DNA of 64,000 nucleotides, from assembly GCA_040218735.1 (NCBI GenBank), contig JAVJQW010000033.1, positions 128,001 through 192,000 of the forward strand, written 5' to 3'. Shown piece after piece: positions 26,857 through 35,768 of the stretch. How positions within the stretch are numbered: the first letter of the stretch is position 1; each line of letters opens with the position of its first letter. Below the pieces are notes generated by a model. It was not told the DNA's origin. It made no database searches and saw only the letters and a program-made list of their open reading frames with translations. A program made the translations under genes and the position numbers. This stretch comes from Deltaproteobacteria bacterium. GTDB lineage: Bacteria > Myxococcota > Kuafuiibacteriia > Kuafuiibacteriales > Kuafuiibacteriaceae.

Positions 26857-26897
26857 CGGTTGCGACGGTCGGATCGAACCGCTACGAACGCACCGCC

Positions 26898-28763
26898 TTG
26901 CGCCGATCGGTCCTCGCCCTCGTCTTCGCGCTCCCGACCTCCGCCGTGGCGGCGCCCGAGGTGCACGTCTATCCCGACACGATTCGCTTCGACCTCGCGA
27001 GCGGCGCGCTGTTGATGGATCCGGACACCGCGCGGCGGGACGATCCCTCGGCGTGGCGGTTCGGGCAGGCGCCCCTGCGGATCGCGGGGGCGCGTGACGA
27101 GGTCGTGGCCGTGCAACTCGTCTGTCGGGGCGCAGGGACGTTCGACGTTCGTGTCGAGGGGTTGGAGCAGGTCCGGACCGAGGTGTTCGCGGAGCTCGGC
27201 ATTCGGATCGACTCACCGTCCGAGAGCGGCGCCGTCACTTCGCTCGGGCCGGGGCTCTACCCGGATCCGCTCGTGCCCACGTCGACGATCACCGTCCCCG
27301 CGGCGCCGGGCGTCGGCGTGGTGTGGATCGACATGCACATCGACCGCGACGCGAAGGCCGGTGGTCACACGGGGACGTTCATCGTTGGCGAGACCCAGGT
27401 CGACATCGAGCTCACCGTCCTCGACGTGACGCTGCCGGTCGCGGACCGCGCGAAGCTCGGGACCGTGAACTTCGGCTCGCTCCTCGAGAAGGAGCGCGCG
27501 GGTGCGCTGTTGCCGTGGATGCAGATGGCGCACGCGCACCGCGTCGACGTCGAGGTGATGCGGATGACGCCGAAGATCGAGGACGGCGAAGTCGATTGGC
27601 AGGGGTGGATCGATCGCGTCGCGCCGTACATCGAAGGCACGGCGTTCACCGCGGAGGCCGGCTACCGAGGCCCGCGCGCCGGGACGCCGGTCGCGCGGTG
27701 GATCATCCCGCACACGGACTGGTGGCCGACGAAGCCGACGAAGGACAACCGCCCCGCGGATCCCGACGCCTGGTCGAAGTCGCTCGCCGAGTGGGAGCGG
27801 CGCGTGGAGGCGATGGGGTGGTTCGGGCGCCCGAACGGCACGGAGTGGATCCTGTTCGTGAACGGGCTCGACGAGCCGAAGACCGTGGAGGAGCTCGACG
27901 CGCTCGCCTCCTACGAAGCGCTGCTCGACGCTGCGAACCTGAAGGACCGCGCGCGGGTGTGGTTCCGCGCCGACGGTAACTTCGGTCCGGACTTCGGCGG
28001 GCTCTCGGACGAGCAGATCGCCGAGCGCATCGGCGGCGCCGTGGATCTCTGGAACATGCACGGCGCGTCGAACACCGCGCCCATCGCGCTGCTGGATCGG
28101 CGCCGCGCGCAACACGGCGAGCGCGCGATGTTCTACGCGTCGAACTCCGGCGGTGAGCCGTCGATCCCGCCGCTCGTCGTCGACGCCGACATCGTCGGCG
28201 CGCGCGCCTGGGCGTGGTTGGTGTACCGCTACGATCTGTTCGGCGCGCTCAACTGGGAGATCGACTACCACCAGCCCGGCTGCGTGAAGAACCCGAAGTG
28301 CTCCGACGGCAACGCGATGAATCTGGACGCGACGCTGATCTACCGCGGCGAAGAGCTCGGTCGTCGGGAGCACGAGCCGATCGCGTCGATGCGCTTGAAG
28401 GTGCTTCGACGCGGCGCGCAGGACGTGGCGATCGCGTCGCTCATCGCGCGCAAGAAGCCGTCGGTCGCCAAGGGGATCGCGCGCATCCTCGTGCCCCACG
28501 CGCTCGGGGACGAGGTCCCCGACCACGGCCGCGGGATCTGGTCGCTCGACGCGAAGGCCTACGACCGCGCGCGGGCGTCGATGCTGACCCGACTTGGCGG
28601 GGGCACGGACATCCCGACGAGCACCATCCGTACCGACGGCAAGGCGACGCTGCGGCCCGAGTGGTGGTCCTATCTAGGCGGAATCGGGGTGGTGATCGTG
28701 GTCGCGCTCCTGTGGTGGCGGTTCTCCCCGGGCGCTCGCCCATCCCCCCGAGATCGGGAATAA
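26898..28763 (+). CDS. DUF4091 / GH123-like glycoside-hydrolase-like protein with a C-terminal TM anchor
   Basis: Signal peptide; ARDEVVAVQL, LDEP, LIYRG and SMRLKVLRRGAQD motifs. Confidence 0.75.
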   Translation: MRRSVLALVFALPTSAVAAPEVHVYPDTIRFDLASGALLMDPDTARRDDPSAWRFGQAPLRIAGARDEVVAVQLVCRGAGTFDVRVEGLEQVRTEVFAELGIRIDSPSESGAVTSLGPGLYPDPLVPTSTITVPAAPGVGVVWIDMHIDRDAKAGGHTGTFIVGETQVDIELTVLDVTLPVADRAKLGTVNFGSLLEKERAGALLPWMQMAHAHRVDVEVMRMTPKIEDGEVDWQGWIDRVAPYIEGTAFTAEAGYRGPRAGTPVARWIIPHTDWWPTKPTKDNRPADPDAWSKSLAEWERRVEAMGWFGRPNGTEWILFVNGLDEPKTVEELDALASYEALLDAANLKDRARVWFRADGNFGPDFGGLSDEQIAERIGGAVDLWNMHGASNTAPIALLDRRRAQHGERAMFYASNSGGEPSIPPLVVDADIVGARAWAWLVYRYDLFGALNWEIDYHQPGCVKNPKCSDGNAMNLDATLIYRGEELGRREHEPIASMRLKVLRRGAQDVAIASLIARKKPSVAKGIARILVPHALGDEVPDHGRGIWSLDAKAYDRARASMLTRLGGGTDIPTSTIRTDGKATLRPEWWSYLGGIGVVIVVALLWWRFSPGARPSPRDRE

Positions 28764-28775
28764 TGTTCGGCAGCC

Positions 28776-30677
28776 GTGTGGCTGGGCATCTTCTTCATCG
28801 GCCTCATCGCCGTCGTCATCTTTGCGCTGCGCGACTCCATCTGGTGGACGATGGCGGCCTGCTACGTCTACTTTGCGATCCCGATCGTGGAGTTCAAGGC
28901 GCCCGGCGCGCCGTACCAGGCCGGCTTCTTCGGGCTGGGGATGCTGTTTGCGTTCCTCTACTACTGGAAGTTTCCGAAGTGGTCCGAGGAGGAGATCTAC
29001 GACGTCGGCTTGAAGGTCGCGCGTGAGGCGATCGAGAAGACCCGCGAACCCGCGGGCGAGGCGATGGTCACCGCCGTCCTCCAGGACCGGATGCCCGGCG
29101 AGATCCGCGGCGCGATGTCGGAGGCGAGCGAGCCGAAGGCGGTCGAGCACGTCGATGCGCATTGCCCGCAGCCGATCGCCGTCGTCGTCCGGCGCGCGGT
29201 GCAGAGCACGCTGAACCAGGCGATCTTCGACGCGGAGGCGGAGGTCGTGAAGATCCTCGACCGCGTCGACGTCCGCACGAAGGGCAACCTGCGCGTCATC
29301 CTCGAGCAGCGCGCGCTGCCGGTGCTGAACGAGGGGCTCGACAAGAAGCTCGACGATCAGGTGCGCGAGAACATTCGCGAGCTGTTGGAGATCGACAAGA
29401 AGGAGAATCCGGACCGGCCGACGAGCCTCGGTCCGCTCGACTTCCCGATCCCCCGCGGCGCGATTGGCGGCGTGCTCGTCAACATCGGCATCTGGGCGCA
29501 CGTCGCGTTCACGCTGATGACGTACGTGTTCGGCAAGAACGCGCTCTACGACAAGCAGCTCGCGCTCTCGAAGGTCGCGACGTGCATCCTGCTGTTCATC
29601 CCGCTGATCGGCATCGTCACCGCGGTGCGGACGGTGCGGCACTTCTGGATGGTGGCGCTCGCGTGGATGTTCGGCACTTGGCACATCTGCATGAACGGCG
29701 TGTCGTGGTGGTTGCAGTACGGCGGCCGCGCGGACAACGCGGGCGGGCAGGGCGGTGAGTCGAACTTCCTGGCCGGGATCATCTGCATGGTGGCGCCGAT
29801 CGCGTTCGGGCTGGCGTTGAACGCGAAGGAGAAGTGGCACCGCATCCTGGCGCTCGGTGTAGCCGGGATGTACGCGCTCGGCGTGCTGGCGTCCGGCTCG
29901 CGCGCCGGGCTCCTCGCGCTGGTCGGGGGCATGGGTTACTGGATGATGGAGACCAACCGTCGGTTCCTCGCGGTGGGGCTCATCATGTTCGCGGCGATGG
30001 GTTTCGGTATCGCGGCGCCCAAGTCGTTCTGGAAGAAGATGGCGACGATCGTCGAGCCGTCGGGCGCCAACCCATGGGTTCGGCACATGGTCGAGCCCTC
30101 CAAACACGAGCGCCAGGTGCTGTGGGCGCTCGGGCTGAAGATCTGGAAGGAGCATCCGATCACGGGCATCGGCCCGCTCAACTACGTCCGAGTCTCCGCG
30201 GAGGAGACGGACTTCACCGACGCGTACAAGGGGCAGCGCGGTCTGCAGGCGCACAATACCTGGGTTCAGCTGCTCTCCGAGTATGGGTTGGCGGGGGCGT
30301 TCGTCTGGGGCGGAATGTATTTCTTCTCCATCTTTTGTTACCGGCGGGCGAGAAAGAAGATGGCCCCCTACCAAGGGTATGAATGGTTCGGGGCGTTATG
30401 CCTCGGCTTCGAGGCCGGGGCGCTCGCGCACGCCGTCACGCTCGTCTTCAATTCGTTCCAGTGGTACGACTACATCTACTGGCACTTCGTTTTCGGGCCG
30501 GTCGCTCTCGAGGTGGCCACCCACACCGTCGCGAAGCTCGAGTGGCTCAAGCCGGGTGACTTCGTCGAGGCGCGTCCGCCGCCACGCTACGGCCCTCCGA
30601 AGTCCGACGGCCTGGACCTCGACCGCATCGACCTCATCGAGGTCTCCCCGCTCGAAGCCGGCTCCCGTACGGGTTGA
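28776..30677 (+). CDS. O-antigen ligase / Wzy_C family protein with a large hydrophilic insertion
   Basis: SGSRAGLLAL; R..LW....IWKEHPITGIG; AHNTWVQLLSEYGLAG. Confidence 0.88.
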   Translation: MWLGIFFIGLIAVVIFALRDSIWWTMAACYVYFAIPIVEFKAPGAPYQAGFFGLGMLFAFLYYWKFPKWSEEEIYDVGLKVAREAIEKTREPAGEAMVTAVLQDRMPGEIRGAMSEASEPKAVEHVDAHCPQPIAVVVRRAVQSTLNQAIFDAEAEVVKILDRVDVRTKGNLRVILEQRALPVLNEGLDKKLDDQVRENIRELLEIDKKENPDRPTSLGPLDFPIPRGAIGGVLVNIGIWAHVAFTLMTYVFGKNALYDKQLALSKVATCILLFIPLIGIVTAVRTVRHFWMVALAWMFGTWHICMNGVSWWLQYGGRADNAGGQGGESNFLAGIICMVAPIAFGLALNAKEKWHRILALGVAGMYALGVLASGSRAGLLALVGGMGYWMMETNRRFLAVGLIMFAAMGFGIAAPKSFWKKMATIVEPSGANPWVRHMVEPSKHERQVLWALGLKIWKEHPITGIGPLNYVRVSAEETDFTDAYKGQRGLQAHNTWVQLLSEYGLAGAFVWGGMYFFSIFCYRRARKKMAPYQGYEWFGALCLGFEAGALAHAVTLVFNSFQWYDYIYWHFVFGPVALEVATHTVAKLEWLKPGDFVEARPPPRYGPPKSDGLDLDRIDLIEVSPLEAGSRTG

Positions 30678-30695
30678 GACCGAGAAGTTCGGCTG

Positions 30696-32126
30696 ATGCT
30701 CAAGAAACTCGCAGGCTACACGGCCTACATGTTCGTCGCGACGAGCGCGATCCGTTTGATCACGTTCGCGGTGAGTATGTTGGGCGCGAAGATTCGCACG
30801 AAGGAAGACTTCGGTGACTACGGGACGTACGTCCTCCTCTATGGGTTGATCCTCAGCGCGACGACGATGGGTCTGAATCAGACGATTCAGAAATATTCGG
30901 CCGACGACGAGGAGAACCGCCGCAAGTTCACGGTGCTCCTCTACCGTGGGTTTGTGATTTTGCTCGTGCTGGGGAGCGCGGCGGCGATCCCGGTGGGGAT
31001 GTTCTGGAAGTGGTCGATGTCGCTCGCCCTGGTCGGGGCGCCGTGGGTCGTGATGTCGACGCTGGGGCGATTCATCGTGCGCACGAAGCTCGACGCGAAG
31101 ATCGAGTCCAAGCTCGTGATCGTGGGGAGCCTGACCAACTCCGGGTTCATCTTCGCGTTCCTGGTCTTCTCCGACTACAAGGACGCGCTGATCTACGGTG
31201 ACTTCGCGGCGCTGGTGGTCACGGGGCTCGTGACGATGTTCGTGCTACCGAGGATCACCGAGCTGAAAGCGGCGGCGATCTTCACGATGAAGATCCCGGG
31301 CAAGTTCCTGCGCGAGTGTGCTCGCTTCACGGCGCCGGTGTGGGGGGCGGGTGCCGTCGGAACGGGCGGTCACTACGCGACGGGCGGTTACACCCGCGCG
31401 GCGCTCGGCACCGGGCCGATGGGCGTGTTCAACCTCGCGGAGCAGCTCTGGCAGTTTGCGTTCGTGCCGATGGACCTCGTGGGTCAGGCGGCGCTGCCCG
31501 GGCTCGTGAAGGAGAAGGAGGACCGCCCGCGTCTGTTCCGCGAGCTGGTTCGCCTGTGCCTGATCGCGTTCCCGTTCATCGCGATCTGCGTGGCGGGCGG
31601 GATGCCTTTGCTCCTGCAGGTGCTCGACCTCGACGAGAAGTGGTTCGAGGTCCCGAACGTGTTGCTCATGCTGGTGATGAGTGTGCCGCTGCGCTCGTTC
31701 CAGATCGTCGCGAACCACTACACGATTGCGGAGGGCCACTCGCGGCTCGCGTTCTACACGGCGGTGGTCTACCTCGTCGCGGTCGCGATCTTCTTGTACC
31801 CACTCACCGAGATGTACGGCCTTTACGGCGTCGTCGCGGCGGACATCTTGGCGTCGGGCTACAACTCCGTCTCCTTCGCTGTGTTCATGTGGCGGGGCTA
31901 CAAGAACGACATGAAGACCGGGATGATCTGGTCCTTCGCCTCGCTCGCGGTGTGCTTCGTGTCGGTGCTCCCGCTGTACATCTACAAGGACTGGACCTGG
32001 CGCTGGACCCTCGCGCTCCCCTGCGGCCTCGTGTACCTCGCGCTCTTGTTCGTGGTGCGCGTGGCGCAGCCGTCGGACTTCGCGCGGCTGGTGAACGCGT
32101 TGAAGGAACGCTTCGGTAAGCGCTGA
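30696..32126 (+). CDS. Wzx-like oligosaccharide flippase (MOP superfamily)
   Basis: About 12-14 TM segments; DFGDY in the N-terminal half and MGVFNLA in the C-terminal half; adjacent to the ligase. Confidence 0.85.
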   Translation: MLKKLAGYTAYMFVATSAIRLITFAVSMLGAKIRTKEDFGDYGTYVLLYGLILSATTMGLNQTIQKYSADDEENRRKFTVLLYRGFVILLVLGSAAAIPVGMFWKWSMSLALVGAPWVVMSTLGRFIVRTKLDAKIESKLVIVGSLTNSGFIFAFLVFSDYKDALIYGDFAALVVTGLVTMFVLPRITELKAAAIFTMKIPGKFLRECARFTAPVWGAGAVGTGGHYATGGYTRAALGTGPMGVFNLAEQLWQFAFVPMDLVGQAALPGLVKEKEDRPRLFRELVRLCLIAFPFIAICVAGGMPLLLQVLDLDEKWFEVPNVLLMLVMSVPLRSFQIVANHYTIAEGHSRLAFYTAVVYLVAVAIFLYPLTEMYGLYGVVAADILASGYNSVSFAVFMWRGYKNDMKTGMIWSFASLAVCFVSVLPLYIYKDWTWRWTLALPCGLVYLALLFVVRVAQPSDFARLVNALKERFGKR

Positions 32127-32131
32127 GCGTT

Positions 32132-32161
32132 TTGACTCGACGGTGCGGGGACGCGTAGCTT
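32132..32161 (+). promoter_or_regulatory. Putative sigma70-type promoter
   Basis: TTGACT, 18 bp, TAGCTT, then 9 nt to GTG 32171. Confidence 0.55.
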
Positions 32162-32170
32162 CGATCCGTC

Positions 32171-32692
32171 GTGTTGCCCGTTCTCCTCTGCGTCGCGCTC
32201 GCGGTGCCCGCGGACTCGCCCCAAGAGGCGCCGCCGGCGGCGCCGCACCGGCCCGACCCGGGCGTCGCGATGCTCGTCTCCATCCTCGGGACGGCGGTGC
32301 CGATCGCCGCGGGTTTCGGGCTGGTGGTGTCGGACGGGTCTGCCGACGTTGGTGTGGCTTTGCTCGCTGGCGGGCTCGTGGTGGGGCCGTCGGTTGGGCA
32401 CTTCTATCGGGGCGAGCGTCTGCCGGCGCTGGGGTTCATCCTCGGGCGAACCGCCGCGTACGGGCTCGGCGCGTATCTGTTCTTGGACGGGGTACGACGG
32501 TCGATTCACGAGGAGCGTGGTCGGGAGGCCAGCACCCTCTCGGGGAGCCTGCTGCTGCTGAGCGGCGTGGTCCTCAGCCTCGTGGAGATCGGCTTCGTCG
32601 CGGAGCGCATCGAGGCCACGGTCGCCCCGGTCGCGGTCCAGGACGCCGCCGGTGATGTCGCGCCGGGCTTGGCTTGGGCGACGCGCTTCTAA
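32171..32692 (+). CDS. Hypothetical membrane protein
   Basis: Signal peptide; hydrophobic hairpins; GPSVGHFYRG motif. Confidence 0.7.
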   Translation: MLPVLLCVALAVPADSPQEAPPAAPHRPDPGVAMLVSILGTAVPIAAGFGLVVSDGSADVGVALLAGGLVVGPSVGHFYRGERLPALGFILGRTAAYGLGAYLFLDGVRRSIHEERGREASTLSGSLLLLSGVVLSLVEIGFVAERIEATVAPVAVQDAAGDVAPGLAWATRF

Positions 32693-33246
32693 CGAACGAA
32701 CTTGGCGACCGCGACTTCGACGTCCGGGAAGCGTACGAGCGCGATCGTTTCATCGCGTCCGTACGTCGCCATGGAGCGGTAGCGCCCGTCGCGGGGATCA
32801 CGGCGCACCTCCACCTCGCCTGCAGCCACGTCGACGATCCAGTACTCGGGGATGTCGGCGCTCGCGTAGAGGTCGGCTTTGGTTCCGCGATCGAAGTCGC
32901 CGGACGTGACCGCGACCTCCACCACGAGGTGGGCGGTCGAGGCGAGCTGGTCGGGGCTGCTGGGGAGCGGGAGGAGCGCGACGTCGGGCTCGGGGCGCGA
33001 GTCCGCAAGGGCGAGCGGCCCTTGGCTTTGAACCTTGGCTCTACCGCTCAGCGCGAGGACCAGCAGTTCGGTCAGTTCGTTGATCGTCCAGATGTGGGGC
33101 GCGCCTTGGGGACTCATCGTCACGAGGTGGCGGTGGATCAGCTCCACATGCTCGCCGGCGAAGAAGCCGTCTGCGACGAGACGGTCGTACTCCTCCGGCT
33201 CGATCGGGCGAAGGATCGCCGGGTCGACATGCGGGCGGGACACCAC
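32689..33246 (-). CDS. Uma2 family (PD-(D/E)xK) endonuclease
   Basis: VELI..., MSP...H, PEPDVA, LVVEVA, K..LYA..IPEYWIVD. Confidence 0.92.
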   Translation of the reverse strand: MVSRPHVDPAILRPIEPEEYDRLVADGFFAGEHVELIHRHLVTMSPQGAPHIWTINELTELLVLALSGRAKVQSQGPLALADSRPEPDVALLPLPSSPDQLASTAHLVVEVAVTSGDFDRGTKADLYASADIPEYWIVDVAAGEVEVRRDPRDGRYRSMATYGRDETIALVRFPDVEVAVAKFVR

Positions 33247-33253
33247 GATCGTG

Positions 33254-33259
33254 ATTATA
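33254..33259 (-). promoter_or_regulatory. Consensus -10 box of a probable leaderless promoter
   Basis: TATAAT lies 7 nt before GTG 33246; no SD sequence. Confidence 0.6.
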
Positions 33260-33289
33260 GGACGAGCGATGGCGGATGGGCGACAGGGA

Positions 33290-34408
33290 TCAGTCGGCCG
33301 GGAAGCCGCACTTCGTGAAGTCGAGCGTGAGGTTCAGCTTCGCGAGGACCTCCTGGATGTGGTTCAGATAGCCGAACGTGCCGTCCGAGCCCCAGTGCAG
33401 GCCGACGAGGCGCATGTCGCGCGCGCCGCCCGATTGGGTGCGGAGCACGGCGGCCTGGCCCGAGTCGCCGAAGTTGCTCGAGTACGAGTCCCACTGCCAC
33501 ATGTACTGCTTGCGCATCGTGAGCGCGCCGCAGCAGTAGGCGTTGGCCGGGACGTTGACCGTCGCGTTGACCGCGCGGATTCGGCCGGAGTTGAAGCCGG
33601 TGGTGCGCCCCGAGAGCTCGATGCGCCAGCCGGGGACGTGCACCTTGCCCGTCACGTCCTTGGGGGTGCCGATGTCGCGGATGGTCTTCGAGGACTGGAA
33701 GAAGGCGCTCGTCACCTTCGTCGCGTCGACGCGGTTGTCGGGCGCGCCGCAGACCGGCATCGCGTGCCCGGCGATATCGCCGATGACGACGCCCGAGCCC
33801 GGGATCACCTCGTCGGCCGGGCTGGTGTGCTGAAAGTCCTCGCCGATCGGCGCCATGAAACACGTCGTGTTCAGGTCCGCGCAGTGTGCGTTCGTCACGA
33901 GCACCGACGTCCCCGAGTCGAGGTCACACGCCTTGAAACCCATGGTGCACGCGGTGGCCTGAACCCACGCACCGGAGTTCCCCATCTGGACGGGGAGAGG
34001 GAGCTGGTCGCGGTGACACGGCGGACCGGCGCCTCCGTTGCACGCAGGGCCACCGTCCTCGAGGCGGGGGAGGTGCGTCACGTGGACGTCGAGCGGGATG
34101 CCCTCGAACTTCGTCGGGAGCTGATCGACGAGCCGGCGGTCCGCGACGGCGACGACGAGGGTGGGTTCGAAGGCAGAGTCGAGCCCGATGCCGACGGCGA
34201 CCGCGCCCGGGTGTGCGAAGAGAATCGGCTCGAAGCGAGCCTGGATCGGTTCGACGCGCCGGAGGATCTCCGTGAACCGTTGCTCCTGGTCGTCCAGCTC
34301 GGCGTCCGTCTGCGCGAACGCCGACGAAGTCGCGAGGGTCAGAACCGCGGCAACGTAGGTTGCGAAATGTCGTGAGGGGGTGCGCGACATGCGCGTCGTG
34401 TTGGTCAT
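33290..34408 (-). CDS. Secreted trypsin-like (S1/PA clan) serine protease with a prodomain
   Basis: Signal peptide; LVTNAHC, VDAT, GRTTG, GDSG, LVGLHWG. Confidence 0.82.
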   Translation of the reverse strand: MTNTTRMSRTPSRHFATYVAAVLTLATSSAFAQTDAELDDQEQRFTEILRRVEPIQARFEPILFAHPGAVAVGIGLDSAFEPTLVVAVADRRLVDQLPTKFEGIPLDVHVTHLPRLEDGGPACNGGAGPPCHRDQLPLPVQMGNSGAWVQATACTMGFKACDLDSGTSVLVTNAHCADLNTTCFMAPIGEDFQHTSPADEVIPGSGVVIGDIAGHAMPVCGAPDNRVDATKVTSAFFQSSKTIRDIGTPKDVTGKVHVPGWRIELSGRTTGFNSGRIRAVNATVNVPANAYCCGALTMRKQYMWQWDSYSSNFGDSGQAAVLRTQSGGARDMRLVGLHWGSDGTFGYLNHIQEVLAKLNLTLDFTKCGFPAD

Positions 34409-34707
34409 CTGCCCGGTGCGTGCCGCCGGGCTGAAGTCTTTATCCGACTTTTTCGGCGAGTTTCTTCACTCGATGGAGGGCGACAGGGGGCGCTCGAGTC
34501 GACGACGCTGGGACTTGCTCTACGGCCGTCCTTACCGGCAAAGCGCCGGCAGTGGACCCGCGACCGGGTGCTACGAGAGCGCCCGAGCTGCTTCGCGCAG
34601 ACGGTCGCCCGCCTGTCGACTACCTTAGGACCGTTAATATTGCTTGTGAGCGTGGTCAGTGGGGAGCGCGTCCCCGTCCCCTCACCTTCGTCCCGCAATT
34701 CTCAGCG

Positions 34708-35691
34708 TCAACCGCGAAAGCGCTTCTTCACCGTCGCCGTCAGCGCCTTGCCCGCGAAGGGGGCCCACCTCAGCGACGGCATCGCCAGGGCGGCCTGCGC
34801 GATGATCTTCAGCGCCGCGTCCGGTCGCCCGTCCTCCATCACCCACCGGGCGATGCGCCACTGGTACATCGCTTCCCACTCCCCGGCGATCTTCCTGAGG
34901 TATGGGTTCGAACAGTGGATGCGGAGGTGCTGCGCCGCGAGCACCGTGATCTGATACCGCTCCAGGTCAGACACCGCGCGCGACGCCGACCCCTTCTGGG
35001 TGGGGACATTGTGTAGCGCGACGTTCTCCGGCCGGTACAGACAGAGCTGCGCCCGGTCGAAGATCCGAAACGTCAGATCCCAGTCCTCGAGGTACCGCAA
35101 CCGCTCCCAGAACCCACCGAGCTCGACCACGAACGCACGCCGCATCACGCAGATGTTCAAGTGCGGGAACCGGAGCTCGGACAACGTGGCCTCCAGCCGC
35201 ACCCGATGCACCGGCGGATCGTCCATGACCTGCGGCTCACGGATCATCGCGTCGTTGGTGTTGAACCACATCGGCTCGACGACCTCGCCGGCCTTCTCAC
35301 TCCGCTGACTCGCGAAGAAGAACTCCGCGCCCGTCTTCTCCAGCGCCGCCACGGCGACGGCGAGGTGGTCGTCGCGGATCCACACGTCGTCGTCGTCGCA
35401 GAACGCGAGGTACCGCCCGCGCGCCGCGTGGATGCCGCGGTTGCGCGCCACGCCCGGTCCGGAGCCCCACGGCGTCGGCGCCGGCGGTCGCTCCACCCGG
35501 AAGCGGTCGTCGAGCTCGGAGAAGATCGCCTCGTACTGCGCGAGCGTCTTCTCGCTCGAGCCGTCGTCCACGACGATCACCTCGAAGTTCTCGAACGTCT
35601 GCGACGCGATCGACCGGAGTGTGTCCGGGAGGGTCGCCGGGCGGTCGCGCGTCGCGACGATCACCGAAACGATGGGCGCGGTCGACTCCAA
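34708..35691 (-). CDS. Glycosyltransferase family 2
   Basis: VSVIVAT, EVIVVDDGS, ARNRG, AFCDDDD, EDWD. Confidence 0.93.
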   Translation of the reverse strand: MESTAPIVSVIVATRDRPATLPDTLRSIASQTFENFEVIVVDDGSSEKTLAQYEAIFSELDDRFRVERPPAPTPWGSGPGVARNRGIHAARGRYLAFCDDDDVWIRDDHLAVAVAALEKTGAEFFFASQRSEKAGEVVEPMWFNTNDAMIREPQVMDDPPVHRVRLEATLSELRFPHLNICVMRRAFVVELGGFWERLRYLEDWDLTFRIFDRAQLCLYRPENVALHNVPTQKGSASRAVSDLERYQITVLAAQHLRIHCSNPYLRKIAGEWEAMYQWRIARWVMEDGRPDAALKIIAQAALAMPSLRWAPFAGKALTATVKKRFRG

Positions 35692-35768
35692 CGGGCGCCG
35701 ACCCTACCACGCACCCAGACAATCGGCGCTCCCTTGACGGTGGTGACGGGCTGCGGTTGGGTGCCCTC

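Noticed and set aside
32689-33246. Uma2 nuclease as a defence or mobile system
   Set aside because: Solitary Uma2 genes are common, and no methylase, integrase or antitoxin is adjacent.
34540-34660. Possible c-di-GMP-I riboswitch (GGCAAA and GGTCCTAAGG fragments)
   Set aside because: The fragments lie on opposite strands, and the GGCAAA-stem-GNRA-GACGCAAAG arrangement is missing.
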